Assembly (NCBI GenBank): GCA_963732385.1
Contig: CAVSZB010000007.1
Span: 1,408,001-1,472,000 of the forward strand
DNA from: an uncultured bacterium
GTDB lineage: Bacteria; Krumholzibacteriota; Krumholzibacteriia; LZORAL124-64-63
Direction of reading: 5' to 3'
DNA length: 64,000 nucleotides
A model generated the notes under the pieces. It worked only from the letters and a program-made list of their open reading frames with translations. It ran no database searches and had not been told where the DNA came from. Made by a program: the position numbers and the translations under genes. Below are positions 48,401 through 57,159 of this stretch, one piece after another (position 1 is the first letter of the stretch; the number at the start of each line of letters is the position of its first letter).

Positions 48401-48998
48401 GACGCAGCAGACCGTCGTTCGTCCCGATCCAGACCGTGCCGGAAGGCTCCACCGCCAGCGCCGTGACGAAGACCGACGCGGCATCCGCCGTGAGCGGGAT
48501 CGCCTCGACCCGCTCCCTGACCACGCGCATCAGTCCGTGGGACGTCCCGACGAGCAGCGCCCCGGAGCGGTCGAAGGCCAGAGCGTTGACGGCCATATCC
48601 CGCAGCGCGGCATCCCGGTCCAGCGTCGTGAAGGCGCCCGCCCGCAGACAGACCAGCCCCTGGAAGGTGCCGATCCAGAGCTCGCCGTCCCCGCCGGGCA
48701 ACAGGCACTGGATGCGCAGCGAGTTCAGGGGGGGATCGCTGCGCCGGTCGAAAAGGGTGAAGGAGAGTCCGTCGTAACGGGCCAGCCCCTCCTGGGAACC
48801 GATCCAGAGATTGCCGTCTGCGGTCTGCGCGAACGACGACGCCATGTCCGTCGTCAGACCCTCGCGCACACCCCAGGAGTCGTGCACGTACTGCGTGACG
48901 GCGAGATCGGGCGACAGGGCCACGGCGGGCACAACGGGCCACAGCAACGCGCCCATCGTCAGCATGGCTGTCCGCCATAGCCGGGAACTGCTCGACAT
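45420..48998 (-). CDS. hybrid sensor histidine kinase / response regulator with Reg_prop beta-propeller and Y_Y_Y domain
   Basis: Repeated DxDGxLW[IV]GT units, YTNIPPGRYTF, a TM segment, SHEIRTPMNG, NLVGNAVKFT, GGTGLGL, receiver AEDN...MDVQMP...KP. Confidence 0.93.
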   Translation of the reverse strand: MSSSSRLWRTAMLTMGALLWPVVPAVALSPDLAVTQYVHDSWGVREGLTTDMASSFAQTADGNLWIGSQEGLARYDGLSFTLFDRRSDPPLNSLRIQCLLPGGDGELWIGTFQGLVCLRAGAFTTLDRDAALRDMAVNALAFDRSGALLVGTSHGLMRVVRERVEAIPLTADAASVFVTALAVEPSGTVWIGTNDGLLRREGQTVQRFGLADGLPDATVRALVIAPDGAVWIGTQRGLVCRRQGALRVYDRADGLPGEVISALAADPDGNIWVGTEGAGLGLIRRGRPTSARIDGPLDTAAIQALFLSPDGDLWIGTFGDGVHRLRGGLFTTVSTSEGLGDDSVRAVLQTRDGTLWVGGSAPGLSRLRDGRVEVLGRADGLPNDFVSSLYEDRDGTLWAGTNSSLYRYEDGRFRLFRDADGATIEQVRCMLQDRAGDFWFGTRRDGLCRLHAGRLNRYTAADGLRSDVVWGGIVEDREGVIWVGTEGGVNRLRAGRLEEPGAIRGLPTKVVLAMHLDADGDVWIGTMDGLVRHHNGRFFTYSAENGLFDSLVLAILEDDCGSFWFGCNRGVFRVRHVALDAFAEGLLDTLTCDVYGRDDGMKTAECNGATHPPAVRDRDGRLWFATNDGVTVVDPRIAVAPPPFPQLVIDRALVSGRRADLSSPLRAPPGSGDLHFQYSAASARYANRICFRFRLDGYEDEWHMAGGRREAYYTNIPPGRYTFTVQASNIRGEFGGEEKSYAFSLQPHLHQSPLFRGAVAAIALLGVVALFRWRVRQVRRRADELASLVQERTWELQAAKDEAEQATRTRGEFLAQMSHEIRTPMNGIIGMTRLAVETAREEERQEYLGIVDSSAHSLLDLINDILDLSKIDAGRFELVREPFAPRRCMQEALRPVALGAREKGITLRCETEPGVPAAIVGDEVRLRQVLINLVGNAVKFTDVGEIVVSAAPGPAPAGPDGVELRFAVRDTGIGIPADQLPQVFEAFRQVAGKAHQRPGGTGLGLSISTRLVAAMGGDLRVESEPGRGTTFFFSCVFPVADESAVAQKEEVPAASLPETPRISGDGLRVLVAEDNAVNQLLMRRLLEKAGHVVVMADNGEAALAACAREVFDIVLMDVQMPVMDGLQATAELRRREGGTGRHVPVIALTAHAMADDRARCLDSGMDGYVTKPVEPRRLFAAIQELLHAPISS

Positions 48999-49106
48999 GG
49001 GACGATATTCCTCCTGCGATCCACCCACCGGGAGGACCGCGGGCAGCCGCCGGTTCAGTCCGGCGGCGCCCGCTTCAGGAGGGTATCGACAAGCAGCGCA
49101 GCGGCT

Positions 49107-51380
49107 TTAGCCGCGGACCTGACGGATCCGATTGAGGGCCGAACCGGCCCGGAACCAGGCGATCTGCTCGACTGTGAGGGTGTGTCGGACCGGGCAGGCG
49201 TCCCGCGTCCCGTCGGCGTGATGCAACACCGCCGTCAGCGGTTCGCCCGGAGCGAGTCCGGCCAGGCCGGTGATCGCGATCCGGTCGTCCTCGCGCACCT
49301 TTTCGTAGTCGGCCGGATCAGCGAAGGTAAGCGGCAGGACCCCCTGCTTCTTGAGGTTGGTCTCATGGATCCGCGCGAAACTCCGGGTGATCACCGCGGC
49401 GGCGCCGAGGTGCCGCGGCGACATGGCCGCATGCTCGCGGCTCGAGCCTTCACCGTAGTTTTCGTCACCCACGACCACCCAGCGCAGTCCGGCCGCCTTG
49501 TAGGCGCGCGCCACCTGCGGCACCGGCAGCCCGGTCTCCCCCGTGAGCAGATTGCGGGTCCGGCCGGACTCGCCGGTGAAGGCGTTCGCGGCGCCCAGGA
49601 ACATGTTGTCGCTGATCCGGTCGAGATGTCCGCGGTACTTCAGCCACGGCCCGGCCGCGGAGATGTGGTCGGTGGTGCACTTGCCCTTCGCCTTGAGCAG
49701 CAGCGGCAGGTCGATGAGGTCGCCGCCATCCCAGGCCGCAAACGGATCCAGCAGCGCCAGCCGGTCGCTGTCGGGTTTCACGCTCACCGCCACCCCCGCG
49801 CCGTCGGCCGGGGGCGCCACGTAGCCGCCCATCCCCGGCGCGAAGCCGCGGCGCGGCAGCTCGTCGGCCTGGGCCGGGATGTCGAGTTTCACCGCTTCGC
49901 CGCGCGCGTTCTCCAGCGTGTCGGTGAGCGGGTTGAAGTCCAGCCGTCCCGCCAGCGCACAGGCCACCACCACTTCCGGGCTGCCGATGAAGGCGAACGT
50001 GTCCGCGCTGCCGTCGTTGCGGCGCGGAAAATTGCGGTTGAAAGAGGTGAGGATGCTGTTGCGCTCCCCTTTCTTCACGTCGTCGCGCTGCCACTGCCCG
50101 ATGCACGGACCGCAGGCGTTCGCCAGCACGATCGCCCCCACCGCCTCGAGATCGGCGAGCTGACCGTCCCGCCTGATGGTCTCGTAGATCAGGTCGGAGC
50201 CGGGCGTGACCATGAGCGGGGCGCGCATGCGCAGACCCTTCGCCAGGGCCTGCCGCGCCACGTCCGCGGCCCGCCCGATATCCTCGTACGACGAGTTGGT
50301 GCAGGACCCGATCAGCGCGAAGCGCAGTTCGACCGGCCACCCTTCGCGCCGCACGTCCTCGCCCAACCGGCTCACCGGCCGCGCCAGGTCGGGGGTGTGC
50401 GGCCCGACGACGTGCGGCTCGAGCGTCGTCAGGTCGATCTCGACCACGCGGTCGTAGAACTTCGCCGGGTCCCGCTCCACCTCGGGGTCGGCGACGAGCA
50501 GGTCGCGGCTGGCCTCCGCCAGGTCGGCCAGCGCGGCGCGGCCCGTGGCGCGGAGGTAGGCGCCCATGCGCTCGTCGTACGGGAAGAGGCTGGTCGTGGC
50601 GCCGTGCTCGGCCCCCATGTTGGTCACGGTCGCCTTGCCGGTACAGGAGATCGCGCGCGTGCCGGGCCCGAAGTACTCCACGATGGCGTTGGTGCCCCCC
50701 TTGGTGGTCAGGATCTCGCAGACCTTCAGGATGACATCCTTGGGCGACGTCCAGCCGTTCAACTCCCCGGTCAGCTTCACGCCGATCATTTTCGGGTGCT
50801 TGACCTCCCACGGCATGCCGACCATCACGTCCACCGCGTCGGCCCCGCCCACGCCGCAGGCCACCATGCCGAGCCCGCCGGCGTTGGGCGTGTGGCTGTC
50901 GGTGCCGATGATCAGGCCGCCGGGGAAGGCGTAGTTCTCGAGCACGACCTGATGGATGATGCCGGAACCGGGCTTCCAGAAGCCCATGCCGTACCGGCCC
51001 GCGGCGGTGCGCAGGAAATCGTACACCTCGCGGTTCTCGTCCTCCGCGACCTGCTGATCGGCGGCCGCCCCCGCGTGGGCGCGGATCAGGTGGTCGCAAT
51101 GGATGGTGGTCGGCACCGCGGTCCGCGGGATCCGCGCCGACATGAACTGCAGGATCGCCATCTGCGCGGTGGCGTCCTGCATGGCGACGCGGTCGGGCCG
51201 CAAAGCGAGCGTGGCCTCGCCGCGCGCCAGCGGCTGCCCCGCCGGGTCGTCGAGGTGTCCGAGCAGCACCTTCTCCCCGAGCGTCAGCGGCCGGCCGAGC
51301 CGCCCGCGCACGATCTCCAGCCGCGAGCGCATCTGCGCGTAAACGTCCTGCACCATCTCGGGGGTGGTCTCGATCCGCAT
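49107..51380 (-). CDS. aconitate hydratase (single-chain, mitochondrial-like type)
   Basis: [61 protein letters not shown]. Confidence 0.95.
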   Translation of the reverse strand: MRIETTPEMVQDVYAQMRSRLEIVRGRLGRPLTLGEKVLLGHLDDPAGQPLARGEATLALRPDRVAMQDATAQMAILQFMSARIPRTAVPTTIHCDHLIRAHAGAAADQQVAEDENREVYDFLRTAAGRYGMGFWKPGSGIIHQVVLENYAFPGGLIIGTDSHTPNAGGLGMVACGVGGADAVDVMVGMPWEVKHPKMIGVKLTGELNGWTSPKDVILKVCEILTTKGGTNAIVEYFGPGTRAISCTGKATVTNMGAEHGATTSLFPYDERMGAYLRATGRAALADLAEASRDLLVADPEVERDPAKFYDRVVEIDLTTLEPHVVGPHTPDLARPVSRLGEDVRREGWPVELRFALIGSCTNSSYEDIGRAADVARQALAKGLRMRAPLMVTPGSDLIYETIRRDGQLADLEAVGAIVLANACGPCIGQWQRDDVKKGERNSILTSFNRNFPRRNDGSADTFAFIGSPEVVVACALAGRLDFNPLTDTLENARGEAVKLDIPAQADELPRRGFAPGMGGYVAPPADGAGVAVSVKPDSDRLALLDPFAAWDGGDLIDLPLLLKAKGKCTTDHISAAGPWLKYRGHLDRISDNMFLGAANAFTGESGRTRNLLTGETGLPVPQVARAYKAAGLRWVVVGDENYGEGSSREHAAMSPRHLGAAAVITRSFARIHETNLKKQGVLPLTFADPADYEKVREDDRIAITGLAGLAPGEPLTAVLHHADGTRDACPVRHTLTVEQIAWFRAGSALNRIRQVRG

Positions 51381-51702
51381 GGTCCGACTCCTTGCTGGCT
51401 GGTCGTCTCGTCCGGGACCGGCGCCGTCGCCTGTCGCGCTGGTTGCGCAGCACTTCCGGGAAGGCCTATGCCGGGATCATCATTACCAGAGTCGTCACTG
51501 CCGCGCCAGCGAAGCGTGCGCCGCCGCGCGCGTCCGCCGCCACGAACCGGCACGCTCAAAGACCCGGATCGGCCCGGAAATGGGAACGGAAAGCATGATG
51601 CTGTTCCAGAATATCGGGCCGGCAGGGGTTGACCGGAGCGGGACAGTCTTACATCCTAGTGACGGGGAACCAACGCGGAAGTCGCGCGCACCGCGCGTCC
51701 CG

Positions 51703-51735
51703 CGCCCAGCGCCCAGCGCCCAGCGCCCAGCGCCC
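51703..51735. repeat. heptamer tandem repeat (CGCCCAG) x4.7
   Basis: Four exact units plus CGCCC, just upstream of the RBS of the 51769 gene. Confidence 0.85.
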
Positions 51736-51768
51736 CGCGCGCGATCGCCTTCCGAGGAGCGTGAGCCC

Positions 51769-53226
51769 GTGTCGTCCCAGCCGAACGCCGCCGCCGAATC
51801 CGTGCTCGCCCGCACCGCCGCCCGCTGCCGCGAGCGGGGGGTCGTCATCCCCACGCTGGCCGAGATGCGCGATCCCGCGCGGATCCCCGCAAAGATCCGC
51901 CAGCGCCTCGGCAAAGTCCATCTTTGGGATGTCGATCCGGTCAACCTCTTCCGCATCACCTGGAAGAACGACCCAAAGACCGGCCTGTTCAACGACGGCA
52001 ACTGGCTGGAATTCCCGCCCGAGCTGACCGGCATCGACGCCCGCATCGTCGGCGTGGTCGGCAAGTGGTTCCCGACCGGGTCGCACAAGGTCGGCGCCGG
52101 TTTCGGCTGTCTGGCGCCACGGCTGGTGACGGGACAGTTCGACCCCACGACGCAGGTGGCGGTGTGGCCGAGCACCGGCAACTACTGCCGCGGCGGCGCC
52201 TTCGACTGCGCGCTGCTGGGCTGCCGTTCGCTCGCGATTCTGCCCGAGGAGATGAGCCGGGAGCGCTTCGAATGGCTCCGCTCGATCGGCGCGGAGATCA
52301 TCGCCACGCCCGGCTGCGAGTCGAACGTGAAGGAGATCTACGACGAGTGCTGGAACATCCGCAAGACGCGGCCCGAGTGCGTGATCTTCAATCAGTTCGA
52401 GGAGTTCGGCAACCCGATCTGGCACTACCACGTCACCGGCGCGATCGTCGACGAACTGTTCACGCGACTTGCCGGACCCCGCGACCGCCTGGCCGGCTTC
52501 ACCTCCGCCACCGGCTCCGCCGGCACGATCGGCGCCGCCGACTTCCTGCGCACCCGCCATCCATCGCTGCGGGTGGCGGCCGTGGAGGCGCTGCAGTGCC
52601 CCACGCTCCTGCAGAACGGCTTCGGCGCGCATCGCATCGAGGGGATCGGCGACAAGCACGTGCCCTGGATCCACAACGTGCGCAACACCGATTTCGTGGC
52701 CGCCATCGACGACGCGCAGTGCCTCGACATCATGCGCCTGTTCAACGAGCCGGAGGGGCAGACCGAGCTGGAACGTGCCGGTGTCCCGCTCGCGCTCGTG
52801 GAGCAGCTGCCGCTGCTGGGCATCTCCGGCATCTGCAATCTGGTCGCGGCGATCAAGCTGGCGCGGTACTACGAAATGGACCGTCAGGACTTCATCTTCG
52901 TGCCGCTGACCGACTCGATGGAGCTTTACCAGTCGCGGCTGCAGGAGCATCGCCAGGAGCGCGGCCGCTACGACCGCGAACAGGCCGTGGCCGCCCACCA
53001 GCGCTGGCTCCTGGGCGCCCTCCCCGACCATGTGCGAGAGCTCGGCTACCGGGACCGCAAGGCGCTGCATAACCTGAAGTACTTCACATGGGTCGAGCAG
53101 CAGGGCCGCACGGTGGAGGACCTGCGCCGCCTCTGGGATCCCGACTTCTGGGTCGAGACCTACGCCGTGGCCGACGAGTGGGACCGCCGGATCGACGCCT
53201 TCAACGCGCGGGTGGCGGCGGGCTGA
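51769..53226 (+). CDS. fold-type II PLP-dependent enzyme (cysteine-synthase-like, long form)
   Basis: FPTGSHKVG (PLP Lys), WPSTGNYCRGG, ATGSAGT, HRIEGIGDKH; GTG start after GAGGAG. Confidence 0.85.
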   Translation: MSSQPNAAAESVLARTAARCRERGVVIPTLAEMRDPARIPAKIRQRLGKVHLWDVDPVNLFRITWKNDPKTGLFNDGNWLEFPPELTGIDARIVGVVGKWFPTGSHKVGAGFGCLAPRLVTGQFDPTTQVAVWPSTGNYCRGGAFDCALLGCRSLAILPEEMSRERFEWLRSIGAEIIATPGCESNVKEIYDECWNIRKTRPECVIFNQFEEFGNPIWHYHVTGAIVDELFTRLAGPRDRLAGFTSATGSAGTIGAADFLRTRHPSLRVAAVEALQCPTLLQNGFGAHRIEGIGDKHVPWIHNVRNTDFVAAIDDAQCLDIMRLFNEPEGQTELERAGVPLALVEQLPLLGISGICNLVAAIKLARYYEMDRQDFIFVPLTDSMELYQSRLQEHRQERGRYDREQAVAAHQRWLLGALPDHVRELGYRDRKALHNLKYFTWVEQQGRTVEDLRRLWDPDFWVETYAVADEWDRRIDAFNARVAAG

Positions 53227-53749
53227 CCACGCCCGTCAACTCCAGCGCCCGGCCGCGCAGCCGGTAGGAACGCGCCTCCCGCCGCGTCGGGCAGCACATC
53301 GGGTCATCCGGGCCCTGCGTGACCAGGTCCACTACAACCTGACCATCCTCGATGCGCAGCCGCTCGATCTTCACCCGGTCGCCGAGGAATGTCGTGCCGG
53401 GGTTGAGCGGCCGTCCCTGCCGGTTGAACACCGGCGCGAGCTGCACGAACACCCCGCTGCCGCCGGTTTCGCAGGCGAGCAGCACCGCCGCGTCGATGGC
53501 GCCGTCGCCGTCAAGATCGCCGAACGCCGTCCGGTCGAGCAGCGTGATCCGCACCGGGGTCTCCCCGTCGTTCTCGTACCGCCCGTCGTGCAGCGAAACC
53601 CGCCCCTGCTCCACGTACTCCGCGTGGTAGGACGCGTTGCGCAGCGCCTCGGCGGTCAGCGGCGGTGAGGCGCCCCGCTCGCACCCCGCCGCCCCCGCGC
53701 CCAGCAGCGCCACCGCCGCGGCCAGGACCTGCAGGCGTTGTCGATTCAC
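53201..53749 (-). CDS. lipoprotein of unknown function
   Basis: GTG start with GGAGG RBS, lipobox-like AGAAGC, GDLDGDG loop, GGSG and DDPMCCPT motifs. Confidence 0.7.
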   Translation of the reverse strand: MNRQRLQVLAAAVALLGAGAAGCERGASPPLTAEALRNASYHAEYVEQGRVSLHDGRYENDGETPVRITLLDRTAFGDLDGDGAIDAAVLLACETGGSGVFVQLAPVFNRQGRPLNPGTTFLGDRVKIERLRIEDGQVVVDLVTQGPDDPMCCPTRREARSYRLRGRALELTGVVSPPPPAR

Positions 53750-53865
53750 CCGCCGACCCCCTCCACGAGTGGACCCGCCAGCGGCGATGAATCCTGCGGC
53801 GGCATCCCCATGGCCGTCCACCCCTCGCGCAACGGCCTGCAGACGCCGACGACCCTCCGTCCGCA

Positions 53866-55065
53866 TCAGCCCACCCGTCGCAGCCACAGCCCCTTCAGGT
53901 ATTCCCCTTCGCGGTGGCAGGCATTGAACGGATGATCGGCGCCGGCGCCGAGTCGGCCGAGCACCTGCAGTTCCTGCCTCGCCTCCTTCGCCGCCTCGAA
54001 CACGATCTGCTGGAACAGGATCAGGTTGACCGCCTGGCTGCAGGAGAAGGTCAGCAATTGTCCGCCGGGGGCGAGTCGCTCGAGCGCCAGTCGATTGATG
54101 TCGTGGTAGCCACGGGCGGCGTCGGTCACCTCCCCCTCGCGGCGGGCGAATTTCGGCGGATCGAGCACGATCAGGCCGTAGCGGGACCGGTCGGCGCGCA
54201 GGTGGTGGAAGACGTCGGCGCGCACACAGCGCGCCGCGGCGTCGGCAAAACCGTTGCGCTCGAGGTTCGCGCGGGCGAGTTCCACCGCGTCGCGGGAAAG
54301 GTCCACCGAGACGACCGGCGCGCCTCCCCCCGCCGCCGCGTGCACCGAGAAACCCCCGGTGTAGCAGAAGCAGTTGAGCACCGGCACGCCACGCGACAGC
54401 TGTCCGGCCAGCCGACGATTGTCGCGCTGGTCAAGGTAGAAACCGGTCTTGTGCCCCCGGGCCGGATCGGTGGCGAACTCCAGCCCCCCCTCGCGGATCA
54501 CCAGCGGCGACGGCAGCGCTCCCGACAGCAGGCCCACCGCCGACGCCAGCCCCTCCTCGCCCCGCAGCGGCGAGTCGCTGCGCTCGTAGATGAAGGCGGG
54601 GGCGATCCGTTCGCGCAACATTTCCAGCAGATTGCTCCGTGAGCGCTCCATGCCGGCGGTGAGAAACTGCACGCACAGCCCCGAGCCATAGCGGTCGACG
54701 ATCAGGCCCGGCAGGAAATCGCCCTCGCTGTTGACGAGACGCCAGGCATCGGTGCCGTCATCCCCGGACGCGAGACGCGCCCGGAGCGCGAGCGCCGCGT
54801 CGAGACGCGCCGCCCAGAGCCGGGGACCGGGAGGCTCGTCGCGCGAAACCACCCGGCAGACGATCTGGGAATTGGCGTTGAGGTAGCCGAAACCGAGCCG
54901 CTCGCCGGCGGCCGAGAGAATCGCGCAGGGATCGCCGGGGAACCGATACCCCTCCAGCCGCTCGATCGAGCCGGAGAAGATCCAGGGGTGACCGCCCAGC
55001 ACCGGCTTTTCGCGACCGGGGCGCAGGATCGCCTGCGCGAGGCGCGCGTTCCGCCCGGTGGTCAC
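53866..55065 (-). CDS. rlmI: RlmI-like 23S rRNA m5C methyltransferase
   Basis: HPWIFSG, SEGDFLPGLIVDRY, HKTGFYLDQRDNR, FCYTGGF, LDPPKF, FSCS, YLKG. Confidence 0.88.
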   Translation of the reverse strand: MTTGRNARLAQAILRPGREKPVLGGHPWIFSGSIERLEGYRFPGDPCAILSAAGERLGFGYLNANSQIVCRVVSRDEPPGPRLWAARLDAALALRARLASGDDGTDAWRLVNSEGDFLPGLIVDRYGSGLCVQFLTAGMERSRSNLLEMLRERIAPAFIYERSDSPLRGEEGLASAVGLLSGALPSPLVIREGGLEFATDPARGHKTGFYLDQRDNRRLAGQLSRGVPVLNCFCYTGGFSVHAAAGGGAPVVSVDLSRDAVELARANLERNGFADAAARCVRADVFHHLRADRSRYGLIVLDPPKFARREGEVTDAARGYHDINRLALERLAPGGQLLTFSCSQAVNLILFQQIVFEAAKEARQELQVLGRLGAGADHPFNACHREGEYLKGLWLRRVG

Positions 55066-56000
55066 GGAGCGCCGCCCTTGCGACCGCCTTTGCCGCCGCC
55101 CGGCCCGCCGCCGTGGGACGGCGTGCCCCGCCCGCCACGCACTCCGGACGACTGGCCCGTGGATTTCTGCCGCGGCGACGCCCGACGCGCCTTCGGCCGC
55201 CCGCGACGGATCGTCTCGATCTCACCCACCGTGAGTGGCCGCACCTCGCCCGGGGCGAGCTCGCCGAGGCTGACCGGGCCGATGCGGACCCGGTGCAGGA
55301 CCAGGATCTCGTGGCGCAGGACGCTGAACAGGCGCCGGATCTGGCGGATCTTGCCCTCGGGCATGACCAGTCGCAACAGAGTCTCCGTGTCGTCGGCCTC
55401 TTCGATCTTCGCGGTCAGCGGCTTCACAAAACCGATTTTCGGGATCGTGATGCCGGTCATCAACAGATCGAACTCCAGTTCGGCAAACACGCCGGCGATA
55501 CGCACCAGGTACTCCTTGTCGAACCCGGCGCCTCCGGCCGCGTTGACGTTCCAGGCCGCATCGTTGGACAGGAGAACCAGGCCGGTGGTATCGGCGTCGA
55601 GACGGTCGGCCGGGCGCAGCCCGCGGATGCCGGACGGGAACAACCCGGCCGTGGCCCGTCGCTTGTCACGCTCGCCAGGACCGATCGCCAGGTGTTGCGG
55701 CTTGTGGAAGGCGAAATAGCGCCGCGGCACTTCGCTGATGCGCTGGCCGTCGATCCGGATCTCGGCGTCCGCGGCCACGCCGGTCTGCGGCTCGCGCACG
55801 ATGACGCCGTCAACCCGCACGCGCCCCGTGCGCACGATCGTTTCGGCCTGCGGACGGGTGCCATAGCCGGCCCTGGCGATGATCCGGGCCAGGCCGCACA
55901 GCTTGGTCGACGGCTCGTCCGGAGTGGCGTCCGGGACCGACCCCGGCGCGCGATCGGAGGCGGCTGCGCTGGCGCCGGCGGCGGGGATATCGTCGTCCAT
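55062..56000 (-). CDS. RsuA/RluB-family pseudouridine synthase with S4 domain
   Basis: S4 segment GRVRVDG, FHKP, RLDADTTGL (catalytic Asp), KEYLV, EGKIRQIRR, LHRVRIG. Confidence 0.88.
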   Translation of the reverse strand: MDDDIPAAGASAAASDRAPGSVPDATPDEPSTKLCGLARIIARAGYGTRPQAETIVRTGRVRVDGVIVREPQTGVAADAEIRIDGQRISEVPRRYFAFHKPQHLAIGPGERDKRRATAGLFPSGIRGLRPADRLDADTTGLVLLSNDAAWNVNAAGGAGFDKEYLVRIAGVFAELEFDLLMTGITIPKIGFVKPLTAKIEEADDTETLLRLVMPEGKIRQIRRLFSVLRHEILVLHRVRIGPVSLGELAPGEVRPLTVGEIETIRRGRPKARRASPRQKSTGQSSGVRGGRGTPSHGGGPGGGKGGRKGGAP

Positions 56001-56113
56001 GCACCCTCTCCTGCGGAAGTCGGGCGGGCGGGCCGCGCCGGCCCGGCGAAGGATCGCGCATACCCACAGGCATTGCAACCCGCGGGGTCGCCGCCACCGC
56101 GGGCCGGTCCACC

Positions 56114-56731
56114 TCAGATCAGCGCCACCGCCCGCACGGGTGACGCCTCGGTGCCCTCGAGCTTGAGCGGCAGCACCAGGAAATCGAACCGCCCGGCCGG
56201 CAGCGCCGCCAGGTTGGCCAGGTTCTCGACGTTGATCAGGCCGGCGGCCGCGAACAGGTCGTGGCAGAACCGTCCGCCGAGGGGATCGAGACTCGGCGAA
56301 TCGAGACCGACCCCCTTGAGCCCCGCCCCCGCCAGTGCGCGGGCCAGCGCCGGCGACAGCCATGGCCAGTCGCGATAGTAGCGCGGCGTACCCCAGTATC
56401 GCTCCCACCCCGTGCGCAGGATCAGGTAGTCGACCGGGTCAAGATCGAGACCCGCCACGATTTCCGGCGGGATCTCCCCCGTCGGCGCGTCGACCACGAT
56501 GCCCCGGCCGTGAAACCGCTCGATCGGCATCGCCTCGAGTCCCGGCTGACCGTCGAGGAAATGCAGGGGGGTGTCGAGGTGCGTGCCGAGGTGGCAGGTG
56601 AAATCGAGCGCCGACACCAGGTGTCCCCCCTCGGCGAACGTCATGCGGCGGATGACACGCGGCGGCGGCGCATCGCCCGGATACTGGGCCATGCCATCGC
56701 GAATCGTGTGACTGAGGTCGATGATCGGCAT
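56114..56731 (-). CDS. cyclase / kynurenine-formamidase family metal hydrolase
   Basis: IDLSHTI, HLGTHLDTPLHF, GLDSPS, ENLANL, EASPVRAVA. Confidence 0.9.
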   Translation of the reverse strand: MPIIDLSHTIRDGMAQYPGDAPPPRVIRRMTFAEGGHLVSALDFTCHLGTHLDTPLHFLDGQPGLEAMPIERFHGRGIVVDAPTGEIPPEIVAGLDLDPVDYLILRTGWERYWGTPRYYRDWPWLSPALARALAGAGLKGVGLDSPSLDPLGGRFCHDLFAAAGLINVENLANLAALPAGRFDFLVLPLKLEGTEASPVRAVALI

Positions 56732-56775
56732 CGCGTTCCTTTCCGCGCCGGCGGCACCTTCCGTCGCGTGGCGCG

Positions 56776-57090
56776 TCACCCGCCCGAATGCTCCGACCAG
56801 GTGGCCACGTCCCGGTGCAGCGCGGCCACTTCGAATTCCGACGCGTAGATCAGCCGCTCGGCAACGGCCAGCCGCGTTTCGAGTTGCGCCACGCTGCCCG
56901 ACACGTCCGTGATCGCCAGGAACAGACGCTGTCTCAGATCGGCCGGCCCGACCTGGGCAACCGCGAAATCGAGGCTGTGCAGCTTCTGGACGAGCGGACG
57001 CACCGCACCGCGCCGTTCCTTGAGCGAAGCGGCGTGCGGCAGTACGAGGTCGGCCACCAGCGTGCCGGTGTGGACGCGCACATCATCCAT
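56776..57090 (-). CDS. DUF503 (YlxP-like) protein
   Basis: About 100 aa; LVLPHAASLKERRGAVRPL...VAQVG matches the DUF503 SLKxKR pattern. Confidence 0.75.
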   Translation of the reverse strand: MDDVRVHTGTLVADLVLPHAASLKERRGAVRPLVQKLHSLDFAVAQVGPADLRQRLFLAITDVSGSVAQLETRLAVAERLIYASEFEVAALHRDVATWSEHSGG

Positions 57091-57159
57091 GGCGTAAGCG
57101 CGGCGGGACAGAAACCGCGTCCCCGTCCCGCCGCACGCCCGAGGCTGCCGACCCGATCT

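Noticed and set aside
53201..53226. 26-nt convergent overlap between the PLP enzyme and lipoprotein genes
   Set aside because: Short 3' overlaps are common in high-GC genomes, and nothing indicates a regulatory role.
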